Origin: Candidatus Omnitrophota bacterium
Lineage (GTDB): Bacteria > Omnitrophota > Gorgyraeia > Gygaellales > Profunditerraquicolaceae
Assembly (NCBI GenBank): GCA_049517335.1
Contig: JBEKSD010000002.1
Location: 64,001-128,000, forward strand
Reading direction: 5' to 3'
Length of the DNA stretch: 64,000 nucleotides
The notes under the pieces were generated by a model that was not told the origin of the DNA, ran no database searches, and saw nothing but the letters and a program-made list of their open reading frames with translations. Below are positions 41,077-49,497 of the stretch, piece after piece. A program made the translations under genes and the position numbers. Each line of letters starts with the position of its first letter. Within the stretch, counting starts at the first letter, position 1.

Positions 41077-42285
41077 TTATAAGGATTCAACGATGGCATT
41101 ATAAACCGTTTCCGGCTTAATTGTTTTAAGGCACTTATTATCGCTGCAATCAGAATTTCTATGGTTTTGGGCTGATAAGCAGGGTGAACATGGCCAATTT
41201 GAGTAAATTATGCGGCTATTCTTACCTATGGGCCCGAAAACCTGCGGGCTTTCTGGTCCAAAAAGAATAAATTTCTTGATCACAGTAAGCATTGCTAAAT
41301 GCACCAGTCCGCAGTCATTTGAAATCAGAACTTCTGAAATAAGGAATAATTCCATAAGTTCTTCTAGTGAAGTTTTTCTGGTAAAATCTATACACCGGGA
41401 ATTACTGATAGCTCCGCGCATTAACCCGCTCTTTTTAGTGGCACCTTCGGTTCCTATGATAAGTATATAGTTCCTGCTATCTTGTAATAATAAATTAACA
41501 AGTGAAATAAAATTCTCCAACGGCCACTCCCTTAAAGGCAATACGCCTTCACCGGGATTAATAAGGAATATCCTGCGTTTGCTACCGATACCAGCATCTT
41601 TTAATTTCTTTTCTATGCTTTCTTTAATCTTAACCTTTGAGGCGTATTCCGGGAATACTAATTCTTCTTCAATTATTGCCGAATCTAATTGCGGATGATC
41701 TTTGGAGCTCGCTGAAACCGCTTGGGCAAAAGAAAGATAGGTTTTACTTACATGATTTGAAGGGTTATATTGAATTTTATGTGTGAGGAGGCTGCCTCTA
41801 TATAACCCTTCAAAAGTATAATGATGCAATCCTACTCTCTTTTTAGATCCGGACAGATAAGAAATTATTGCAGAAAAACGCGAAAAGAACTCCAAATCGA
41901 AAATAATATCTACGCCTTTTCTTCTTAATTGCCAGATTATTTTCAATGTATCCAAGACAAAAGTCAGAGGCGTTGTTTCGTCTATCGTAAGGATGTTACT
42001 ATCCGGTATTATATTTCCGAGTAATTTAAAAATATCCTTATTTTTATTAAATGTTACAAAAAATACTTCGGCTAAAGGGTATTCTCTTTTTATATGGTTT
42101 AAAAGCGGATAGGATAAAATAACTGTGCCTAATTCTGGTAGCTTTATAAAGGCTATTTTCTCAGGCGGTTTGTTTATTTTATTTTTTATGCGCAGTATTT
42201 TAGAAATATAAACCAGGATACTTAATAAAAAACATAAGGGTATTCCCAGCCAATAATCTATTTTTCTTGCCTTATCTATGTCCAT
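41077..42285 (-). CDS. Glycosyltransferase family 9 (heptosyltransferase-like)
   Basis: INPG...REWP.E.F, SNDCGLVHLA, LFGP and PCSPC...C.DNKCLK motifs. Confidence 0.85.
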   Translation of the reverse strand: MDIDKARKIDYWLGIPLCFLLSILVYISKILRIKNKINKPPEKIAFIKLPELGTVILSYPLLNHIKREYPLAEVFFVTFNKNKDIFKLLGNIIPDSNILTIDETTPLTFVLDTLKIIWQLRRKGVDIIFDLEFFSRFSAIISYLSGSKKRVGLHHYTFEGLYRGSLLTHKIQYNPSNHVSKTYLSFAQAVSASSKDHPQLDSAIIEEELVFPEYASKVKIKESIEKKLKDAGIGSKRRIFLINPGEGVLPLREWPLENFISLVNLLLQDSRNYILIIGTEGATKKSGLMRGAISNSRCIDFTRKTSLEELMELFLISEVLISNDCGLVHLAMLTVIKKFILFGPESPQVFGPIGKNSRIIYSNWPCSPCLSAQNHRNSDCSDNKCLKTIKPETVYNAIVESL

Positions 42286-42325
42286 ATTGACTTTAATTAT
42301 ATCACAGATTCGGCAAATACGCGCC

Positions 42326-42463
42326 CTAACTTATTATCTTATCTAGCTGCCACCTGAGGCTGGTATTATTAAACGATATTTGATAAATGTTTACGCCGGT
42401 ATCTATGGAAAAATAATATACAGATTCCTGACCCCGGTTTAAAGATTTTCCTTTTGAAGTCAA
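42326..42463 (-). pseudogene. Probable 3' remnant of a small beta-rich gene immediately downstream of lexA
   Basis: Short frame ...RGQESVYYFSIDTGVNIYQISFNNTSLRWQLDKIIS*; resembles (from memory) small proteins found beside dinB in SOS cassettes. Confidence 0.4.
42428..42441. repeat. Right 14-bp inverted repeat (REP-like arm)
   Basis: CTGACCCCGGTTTA. Confidence 0.7.
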
Positions 42464-43065
42464 TATTTTCTTATTACTGTAATAAGCTTGCCTATAACCT
42501 TAAATTCTTCAAATATTGGCGGGTAGTTCTGATTAGCGGCTTCTAAATGGAACTTACCGGCTTTAGTACGTAGCCTCTTTAAAGTAACTTCATTATTATC
42601 TAAGAGTGCCGCGACTATATCGTTATTACTGGCATCAGGCCGTTTTTTGATAATGGCAATATCGCCATCAAGAATTCCAGCACCAATCATACTGTCGCCT
42701 TTAACCCTTAAAGCAAAAACATCATCAAAGCCTAAGCGGCCAAGGAATAAATCATCGGCATCCACATAACCCTGGATTTCTTCATAAGCCAGATTCGGCT
42801 TACCGGCCATTATGGTGCCAATTATGGGAATCTTGTTAAAGCTGGCGCACTCAGTTAATTCAATTGCCCGGGATTTATTGTTCATACGCCTGACCAAGCC
42901 TTTCTGCATTAAAGCCTTTAAATAGTCCCTTACTGTGCCCGTGGATTTAAACCCCAGCTCCTCCCCTATTTCACGGATTGTAGGAGGGAGCCTCTCCCCT
43001 ACCTGTTTACGGATAAAATTAAGCACTTTTTCCTGCTTCGCAGTCAAATTCGGCTTCTTTTCCAT
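42460..43065 (-). CDS. lexA: SOS repressor LexA
   Basis: LT.KQ..VL.FI, PPTIREIG, AG cleavage site (IMAGKP), GDSM Ser, TLKR Lys; start moved to ATG at 43065. Confidence 0.95.
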   Translation of the reverse strand: MEKKPNLTAKQEKVLNFIRKQVGERLPPTIREIGEELGFKSTGTVRDYLKALMQKGLVRRMNNKSRAIELTECASFNKIPIIGTIMAGKPNLAYEEIQGYVDADDLFLGRLGFDDVFALRVKGDSMIGAGILDGDIAIIKKRPDASNNDIVAALLDNNEVTLKRLRTKAGKFHLEAANQNYPPIFEEFKVIGKLITVIRKY

Positions 43066-43071
43066 GCTTCC

Positions 43072-43102
43072 ACATATACCACACATTTGTGTGGTTTGTC
43101 AA
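43072..43102 (-). promoter_or_regulatory. lexA promoter with an 18-bp palindromic candidate SOS box
   Basis: TTGACA (43102-43097), palindrome ACCACACA-TT-TGTGTGGT (43078-43095) filling the spacer, TGGTATAT extended -10-like element. Confidence 0.7.
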
Positions 43103-43235
43103 GAAAAAAAACAAGCACCTTAAGTTTTTGTTCAGCGCAGTCTTTTGCACAAAGCGCAAAGGAAAAGTGCCTTATTATAGTAACATGAAAATATTTGAGA
43201 GTATTTCGATAAAATGGTAGACGGAATGCAGCGTC

Positions 43236-43706
43236 CTAAAATCCTTTTCTATTTACACTTGTTACAGTTATATCGCCACTCACACGCATCCCTCTTGATT
43301 CTTTTCCTGTAGCATTAGAACTGTCCGCTTGCTTCTCCTTAATAACAATCACAAAAGACTCTTCATTTATTGGAGGCTTACCTTTTTCCCACGGACGCAC
43401 ATATTTAAAAAAGATAGTCGTCTTCCCTGCCTTAAGCGCTTCGATAGTCCACAGTTGTTTTCCACCTGAACCGATAAGTTTAGGGTTGTTTCCTGAATAT
43501 GAAGACCTTATCAATTCCAACATATCTTTATCTAATGACCTTGCAAATTGCCATCTGTAACCGGTAGTCGCATTTGATTCCAGCGTAATCGTGAAACTCT
43601 GGCCAGCATAGGTTTCAATAACTTTAACTTGTTTTTGCTCTTGCGCAAAACAAATCGAAGAAAAAAATAACAAAATAAATACGGATTGAATAAGCTTTTT
43701 CATCAT
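43236..43706 (-). CDS. Chagasin-like cysteine protease inhibitor (I42), secreted
   Basis: Signal peptide; L.SN.TTGY.W, GSGG and Y.RPWE motifs; extra C-terminal tail. Confidence 0.88.
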   Translation of the reverse strand: MMKKLIQSVFILLFFSSICFAQEQKQVKVIETYAGQSFTITLESNATTGYRWQFARSLDKDMLELIRSSYSGNNPKLIGSGGKQLWTIEALKAGKTTIFFKYVRPWEKGKPPINEESFVIVIKEKQADSSNATGKESRGMRVSGDITVTSVNRKGF

Positions 43707-43710
43707 TTAT

Positions 43711-43739
43711 GGGGTCAGGCCCGAAGTTCGGGTCTGACC
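43711..43739. repeat. REP-like palindrome with a GGGGTCAG end
   Basis: GGTCAGGCCCGAA-G-TTCGGGTCTGACC, abutting the start codon of the I42 gene. Confidence 0.7.
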
Positions 43740-43846
43740 ACTGTTTTGGGTAAATTACCTATTTCCTAATTATATCACTTCCATTTCAAAATAGTAAATG
43801 ATTTAGAAAAAAGGGTGGCTGAACGATTACTAAACACATCTATTTT

Positions 43847-44010
43847 CAAATTCACGAGGTGACTCCCTTGAGGACGGGCAGTAATATTGCACAAGGGGAC
43901 GCCCTCTCTGTAAACAGCTATTGGCAAATTTGAGAGGTATTCCCGTTAAGGACCCCAGAAAGGAGTCACCATAGAAAGACTCTCTGTAAACAGGTAGGGC
44001 AAAATTAGAG
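43847..44010. repeat. Two tandem copies of a ~75-bp imperfect repeat (family B)
   Basis: Shared blocks CAAATT..GAGGT(G)AYTCCC..T.AGGAC and CTCTCTGTAAACAG..GGCAAA with a variable middle. Confidence 0.7.
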
Positions 44011-44023
44011 CGGACAAACTTTC

Positions 44024-44719
44024 TTAAATACATAAAGATGAATCTTCACGAGAAACAATCCTACCATCCTTAAGATAAACCACCCTCGCTGCCTGCGAGC
44101 CGAGCTTAGGGTTATGCGTAGTCAATATAACTGTAAGGTTTTCTTTCTTATTTAAATCAGCCAGTAGGCCAAAAATATCCTCACCGCTTTTTGTATCCAG
44201 GTTTCCCGTTGGCTCATCGGCAAAAAGGATCTTTGGCGATGTAACCAAAGCACGGGCAATAGCCACCCTCTGTTTCTCTCCTCCGGAAAGCTCTTTTGGC
44301 AAATGATTTATACGTTTTCCTAGTCCGACCCGTTCCAATAATTCTCTCGCCTGCCTAGCCTGCTGCGACATGCGCGCAAAAAGCAAAGGCAGTTGCACGT
44401 TTTCAATCGCTGTAAGCGTAGGGATAAGCAAAAAATCCTGAAACACAAATCCTAAATACTTACGGCGCATTGAAACAAGCACATTCTCCTTTGCCTTCGA
44501 AACATCTTTACCAAGTATACTTAAACTCCCACTTGTAATTGTAGTTAAGCAACCAAGGCTATCAAGCAACGTAGTTTTACCTGATCCGGATGGCCCCATA
44601 ATAGCGATAAAATCTCCTGCCGCTACCTCAAGATTAACATCACGCACAGCATAAATCTCTTCGGCCAAGAGTTTATAAACTTTAGTCAATTTATTTGCTT
44701 AAATTATATATTCTTTCAT
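44024..44719 (-). CDS. ABC transporter ATP-binding protein (LolD/MacB-like); in-frame TAA at codon 7
   Basis: GPSGSGKT, LSGGEKQRVAIARAL, ADEPTGNLD; natural start MKEYII*ANKLTKVY with GGGAG RBS; the ORF track starts at TTG 44689. Confidence 0.88.
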
Positions 44720-44721
44720 AA

Positions 44722-45909
44722 CTATTCTCCCGCGCGAATCGCTTCTACTGGTTTCATTAGCGATGCCCGCAATGCCGGATATGCCCCGGCCATCAAACCC
44801 ATAGCCACCGTGGCAAAAAAGGCTATCAAAAGAAACTCTGGTTTAATCAATACGAGTTTCCCTGACGGCGCATAAGGGAGGGTGTGACGGATGATTTTTT
44901 CTACAAGCGCGCTTCCTATAGAGGCAAGCATCACTCCAAATAACCCGCCGAATACGCAGATAAGCACTGTCTCTGCCCAGATTACCTTAAAGATATCTAG
45001 AGCCGAAGCTCCTAAAGCCTTCATTACTCCTATTTCACGTGTACGTTCAAAAACCGACATCAGTATTGTGTTGGTTACGCCGATAACCGCAATAAAAATA
45101 GCGATTAATGCTATGGAATTAGCCATTGCCCGCGCCGAAGCCACGAGGTTGAGAATCGTTCCGCGTACCTGGGCAAGGCTGACCACCTGAATCCCCGGTT
45201 CGTTGTAAAGCGATTCTTCGAACTCACCTATCTGCTGAATATTCTTAAGCTTTATACCAATACCAGTGAGTTTACCTGGTAAATTAAATATACGCTGTGC
45301 AGTAGCAAGCGGGATAAAAATAACTCCGTCATCTTGTGTTCCGGTACGCTCAAATATCCCTTTCACGGTAAGCACCTTATTAATTCCGGAAACAAAAATC
45401 TTATCACCTATTAATCTCTGCTCTAATTCCGCGGCTTCATAGCCCATGATTGTCTCATCTGCATCGGAACCGGAAAACCATCCGCCGGATTTAAACTTCG
45501 ACCAAGGTTTTAACTCAATGTAAGATTTATCTATGCCCATGTAAAGAGCAAATGATCCACGGTTCTGCGGACCGCCTTCCTGATTATAAACACTGGAAAC
45601 CAATTGGGGCGTGATCTTGTCTATGTGCTTGTCTTGTATTATACGCTTATAAACCGCATCATCCATATAGCGTAGCCCGCCGCCACCTTGAAGCATCAGC
45701 GTTGCCGCCTCATAGGGACAACCCTTAGCCGTAACTAAAAGATGGTAGCCCAATTTATCAATATCCTTATTTAACCCGTTTTGATAACCTGCATCAAAAC
45801 CAAAAAGACTAACTAATACCGCAACTGCCACTGCCACGCCTCCTATGGTAAGAGCAGTGCGAATTTTCTTACGTTTCAGGTTCTTATACGCTAAAGAGAT
45901 GAATTTCAT
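44722..45909 (-). CDS. ABC transporter permease (MacB/FtsX family)
   Basis: RTALT..G, large periplasmic domain, ERTREIGVMKALGA and YPA.RAS...PVEAIR motifs. Confidence 0.92.
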   Translation of the reverse strand: MKFISLAYKNLKRKKIRTALTIGGVAVAVAVLVSLFGFDAGYQNGLNKDIDKLGYHLLVTAKGCPYEAATLMLQGGGGLRYMDDAVYKRIIQDKHIDKITPQLVSSVYNQEGGPQNRGSFALYMGIDKSYIELKPWSKFKSGGWFSGSDADETIMGYEAAELEQRLIGDKIFVSGINKVLTVKGIFERTGTQDDGVIFIPLATAQRIFNLPGKLTGIGIKLKNIQQIGEFEESLYNEPGIQVVSLAQVRGTILNLVASARAMANSIALIAIFIAVIGVTNTILMSVFERTREIGVMKALGASALDIFKVIWAETVLICVFGGLFGVMLASIGSALVEKIIRHTLPYAPSGKLVLIKPEFLLIAFFATVAMGLMAGAYPALRASLMKPVEAIRAGE

Positions 45910-46280
45910 TTAAGCTCAACTCCTTCTCCAATAACGGAAATTTGATTATCTTCTTTTTTTACCTTGCCCTCTGCCACTACCTTGCTACCGACTGCCTGCG
46001 GTATGGCTATTTCAGAAGGATGCAAGTCAACTAATATAACTCCCGTAGCATCCTTAAGCATGAACCATCCTCCGGCAGGGCATTCCTGGACAATTTTTCC
46101 CTCTAGCCGTACGGACTTCCCGGAGAACTGATCTGATTGCTTTAAAATTTCTGTCACGGTAGTAACTTTTGCTTGACTAAGCTGGCTGCCGTAAATTCCT
46201 GGCTTCTTAGCGCAGCCGTAGAGAACAAACCATATGGAAATACCCGAAATCAACGTAAAAACTAATAATATTTTCTTCAT
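45906..46280 (-). CDS. OB-fold lipoprotein
   Basis: Signal with YGC lipobox-like site; GK.V..EGKI...CP.GGWF.LKD.TG.I.V OB pattern. Confidence 0.65.
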   Translation of the reverse strand: MKKILLVFTLISGISIWFVLYGCAKKPGIYGSQLSQAKVTTVTEILKQSDQFSGKSVRLEGKIVQECPAGGWFMLKDATGVILVDLHPSEIAIPQAVGSKVVAEGKVKKEDNQISVIGEGVELK

Positions 46281-46292
46281 CTAAACTCTCCT

Positions 46293-46883
46293 TTATTTCT
46301 GCGAAAGTAGCAATAGATCCAAAAGAATCATATTTTTTCTCAATCCCCGTAACGTCGCCCGGAAATCCTCAGGGCTGTTTGAGCTTGGGTCTTTTACAGA
46401 AACATTCCCCTTGATAAAATCGTCCAGCGTCAGGCCTTTGAACTGTGAAGTAAATTTAGTATTCATAAACTTGCCTGCTTCTGGAGAAGACATCTTTTGG
46501 TAATAGAAATCGACTATCTTACCGTTTAAATCAGTGGCCATAATAAGCTGCATCCCCCCGTATTTGCCTTTTTGGTTTACCCCATGGACATAGCCGATTG
46601 GATCTTTACCCTTAAGCACCGTGTAAAAAACATAAGGAACATCCAAATTCTCATATACCGGCTCAAGTTTGTCATTCAGTTTATCTTCCACTTCTTTCTT
46701 TAATGTTTCTCCACCTTTTTCCTTAATAGTAACAAAGGTGGTTTTATAGCCGGTGGACTCTGGAAAGATCCTCGCTATGTCTCGGTCAGGGTCATTAAGG
46801 CTACAGCCCACCGCAGCCCAGGCAGAGCTGACGAATAAAAACAGCACGGCAAGAACCATTAGAGTCTTAAATATTTTTTTCAT
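46293..46883 (-). CDS. Exported FMN-bind-like (RnfG/NosR-fold) protein
   Basis: Signal peptide ending AWA; KGKYGG.Q...A.D..GKI and F.SQFKG.T patterns; no SGAT flavinylation motif; start moved to 46883. Confidence 0.55.
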   Translation of the reverse strand: MKKIFKTLMVLAVLFLFVSSAWAAVGCSLNDPDRDIARIFPESTGYKTTFVTIKEKGGETLKKEVEDKLNDKLEPVYENLDVPYVFYTVLKGKDPIGYVHGVNQKGKYGGMQLIMATDLNGKIVDFYYQKMSSPEAGKFMNTKFTSQFKGLTLDDFIKGNVSVKDPSSNSPEDFRATLRGLRKNMILLDLLLLSQK

Positions 46884-46884
46884 C

Positions 46885-47898
46885 TTAGTCCCCCAAGAAA
46901 TAGAATTGCACCACAAATCTATCTTCCGGCTTTGTATTCATCATACCAAAATCATGCAAGTATGCCGCGCTCAGCTTTGTCGACTGGCTTAGCCTGTATG
47001 TTGCACCAAGAGTAAGTGTAGGCTCATCACTAGATTTTATATGCATATCATTAATCCATGATTTATACTGCAACTCAAACTCTATGTTCTGATGCGCAGG
47101 AAGCGTGTAAACTATCTCAGTAAGATAGCCCAATACCTCATTTTTATCATCGCGGCCATAAGCACATTCTCCCTTAAAAAGAAACGGTCCGTAAAGATAC
47201 TGTCCGTCTAAACCTACTCTATTCTTATTCATCGCATCGGGTGATAAAAGCTTATCTTCAGGAAAAGTACGCATGCCTTCGCTCTCTAGGGTGCGGCCAG
47301 ATAATAATGAGAGCCCAGCTTGTAAATTTCTACCTTGGGGTGTTCCTATTCTTAACGTTGCCAGATAGCTGTCGTCCTGGCGGCGTATGCTCATGCCTGA
47401 TCCTGTTTGCAGACTGGCTTCGTAATCAAACTTTGGAAATGATCCGCGCATCTGCACACCCCAGTCTTTGTTAAATCCAATATCCTGGTCAGCTAAAGTC
47501 TGCAGTAACGTGCTGTGCGTATCTACCACCGGCTCAAGGCCAAACGAGGGGGTAAAATGCCCCCCTCTTATTTTAAGATACTGCGAGATTTTATACTCGA
47601 GCCAGGCATTATGAATCTCTGCTCCCCCTGCCTGGTGGGAATTCTCCCTGCTATCATAGGCAGCGCGCATCTGCAGGTCAGCGGTAAGAAAATCTCCGTA
47701 ATCTCCGGAAAACTTACGGTATAATTCAAAACCTGCGGAGCTGTTCATTGTCCCGTTTTTGTCAATCCAACCATCCCGACTGGAATAACCTCCTATAAGG
47801 TTTAGTTCCTTATAGAAAAACCCTTCAGAATCTGCAAAAGCCCAAGATACAGGAAATAAAGCTATTAAGGCTAAGACTATTAATGATTTATAGGGCAT
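46885..47898 (-). CDS. Exported probable outer-membrane beta-barrel protein
   Basis: Signal peptide ending AFA; HNAWLEY...IRGGHF.PSFGLE porin-like pattern; aromatic alternating C-terminal strand. Confidence 0.65.
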   Translation of the reverse strand: MPYKSLIVLALIALFPVSWAFADSEGFFYKELNLIGGYSSRDGWIDKNGTMNSSAGFELYRKFSGDYGDFLTADLQMRAAYDSRENSHQAGGAEIHNAWLEYKISQYLKIRGGHFTPSFGLEPVVDTHSTLLQTLADQDIGFNKDWGVQMRGSFPKFDYEASLQTGSGMSIRRQDDSYLATLRIGTPQGRNLQAGLSLLSGRTLESEGMRTFPEDKLLSPDAMNKNRVGLDGQYLYGPFLFKGECAYGRDDKNEVLGYLTEIVYTLPAHQNIEFELQYKSWINDMHIKSSDEPTLTLGATYRLSQSTKLSAAYLHDFGMMNTKPEDRFVVQFYFLGD

Positions 47899-47906
47899 AA
47901 ATCTTT

Positions 47907-48188
47907 TTACAATTTCCTGAACTGTCGGATAAGCTGCAGTATCTCCTCAATCTTTTTTGCGCGCTCAACTCCTGACTTGCCCCGTATAGCTTCGCTGACG
48001 CAACCGTTAAAGTGTCTCTCCAAAACTTTATCTTCTACAGAAACAAGTGCTTTCATTACCGCATGCGTCTGATTGAGGATATCCACGCAATACTTGCGCT
48101 CTTCAATCATTCTCTGTATTCCCCGCACCTGGCCCTCTATCCTCTTTAATGCCACGATGCTCTCTGTGTGATTCGGATATTCCTTCAT
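47907..48188 (-). CDS. csoR: CsoR-family metal-sensing repressor
   Basis: LKRIEGQVRGIQRMIEE..YC.DIL.Q and H...C give the Cys-His-Cys Cu(I) fingerprint; start moved to 48188 (GGAGG RBS). Confidence 0.88.
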   Translation of the reverse strand: MKEYPNHTESIVALKRIEGQVRGIQRMIEERKYCVDILNQTHAVMKALVSVEDKVLERHFNGCVSEAIRGKSGVERAKKIEEILQLIRQFRKL

Positions 48189-48212
48189 AATGCTTCCCTC
48201 CTTTATCGTTGT

Positions 48213-48246
48213 ATATAGCATACAATAGGGAGGTATAGTATGTCAA
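48213..48246 (-). promoter_or_regulatory. csoR promoter with a CsoR-type operator
   Basis: On -: TTGACA...ATAC-CTCCCTATT-GTAT...GCTATAT; ATAC/GTAT arms around a C-tract between -35 and -10. Confidence 0.65.
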
Positions 48247-48251
48247 GTATT

Positions 48252-48295
48252 TTATTAAGACCTGCCCGTGCAAATATTAGCTATAATTACATCCT
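48252..48295. repeat. Direct repeat, copy 1 (family C), downstream of the MFS gene
   Basis: TTATTAAGACCTGCCCGTGCAAATATTAGCTATAATTACATCCT; 37/44 identical to 49498-49541 by manual count. Confidence 0.75.
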
Positions 48296-48307
48296 ACGGT
48301 ATTAATT

Positions 48308-49489
48308 CTAATCAGAATATGCTTTTTGTTTACTGATAGCGCTAATAAATATTGGTAAAGCGGCAATCTGTAAGACTACTGAAAAGATAATCAGGGCAGG
48401 CAGTGATTTAACATATAGAATTCCCATAATAGCGCTCCCTAAAAACCAGGCAATTCCAAATCCGGTATCAAATACACCGAATGCTGTGCTTCTCTTATCT
48501 CTGGAAATCACATTAGCGAGCGTTGCTTTAAGAAGAGATTCTTGCGCACCCAAGCCAATACCCCAGAGTATCATGCCGATAATAATCAAAAAGAACTTGC
48601 CCAAGAAGACAAACGGAGCAAAGAATGCCCCGAGGAAAAAGGCAACTAGCATCACCTTTGGGCCTATTTTGTCTAATAAGCGGCCGAAAATAAGAGAACT
48701 GATTCCCGCCATGGCCATAGCTACCGCATAAAGAATCGGAATCCAATGCATGGGAACATTTTTTGTTTTATCAAAATGAAATGCGATTAAAGCAAAATCT
48801 GCGAATCCCGCTCCAATCAAGGCTCCACCTGACAGATAAAGCCAGTAAACCTTTGTTAATCCTTTGGTTTCTAAGCCTACAGCTTCTTTTTTATCTAAAT
48901 CCTGAGGCTTAGGAAAAAACAATCTTGCAGCTACAAGCATTACTATACACAATAGTGCTGATATCAAAAGAACGCCATATCCGTATTTATAACTATTTTT
49001 TATAAATAACACCCAAGCCACAATTAAAGGACCTATTGTTGCACCAAACTGATCCATGAACTCATTAAGCCCGAATACCCAGCCGATACCCATTTCTTTG
49101 CCAGCGAAGGAAAGCATGGTCTCTACCGCTGGTTTCCTGATAGCTCTTCCTGTGCGCTCTAGGATTATCAACACGCAAGCCACGGGCCAATTACCTGCTA
49201 AGGCCAAGGCAGGCACGGCAAGCATATTAATTGCATAACCAACAAAGGCAAAAATCCAATATTTGTGAGTTTTATCGGCAAAAAATCCTGCTATGGAGCG
49301 TAGCGCGTAACCGAGTAATTCTCCAAGACCAGCTACAAATCCCACTACAACGGCACTAGCGCCTAAACTGGATAAAAATGCTCCATTAATACTTCTTCCT
49401 CCTTCATAGGTAAAGTCTGCAAATAAATTTACAATGCCTATAATCAGCACAAATTCAAATGCAAGTTGAGCAATATTCTTTTTATTCAT
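48308..49489 (-). CDS. MFS transporter
   Basis: About 12 hydrophobic segments; NLFADFTYEGGRS, ERTGRAIRKP and GRLLDKIG motifs; start moved to MNKK at 49489. Confidence 0.9.
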   Translation of the reverse strand: MNKKNIAQLAFEFVLIIGIVNLFADFTYEGGRSINGAFLSSLGASAVVVGFVAGLGELLGYALRSIAGFFADKTHKYWIFAFVGYAINMLAVPALALAGNWPVACVLIILERTGRAIRKPAVETMLSFAGKEMGIGWVFGLNEFMDQFGATIGPLIVAWVLFIKNSYKYGYGVLLISALLCIVMLVAARLFFPKPQDLDKKEAVGLETKGLTKVYWLYLSGGALIGAGFADFALIAFHFDKTKNVPMHWIPILYAVAMAMAGISSLIFGRLLDKIGPKVMLVAFFLGAFFAPFVFLGKFFLIIIGMILWGIGLGAQESLLKATLANVISRDKRSTAFGVFDTGFGIAWFLGSAIMGILYVKSLPALIIFSVVLQIAALPIFISAISKQKAYSD

Positions 49490-49497
49490 AATTTTTA

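Noticed and set aside
43847-44010. Mini CRISPR array or tandem glycine riboswitch
   Set aside because: Repeats are too divergent, the would-be spacer of copy 2 resembles that of the 49593 copy, there are no cas genes, and the glycine-riboswitch CCGAAG / CTCAGG motifs are absent.
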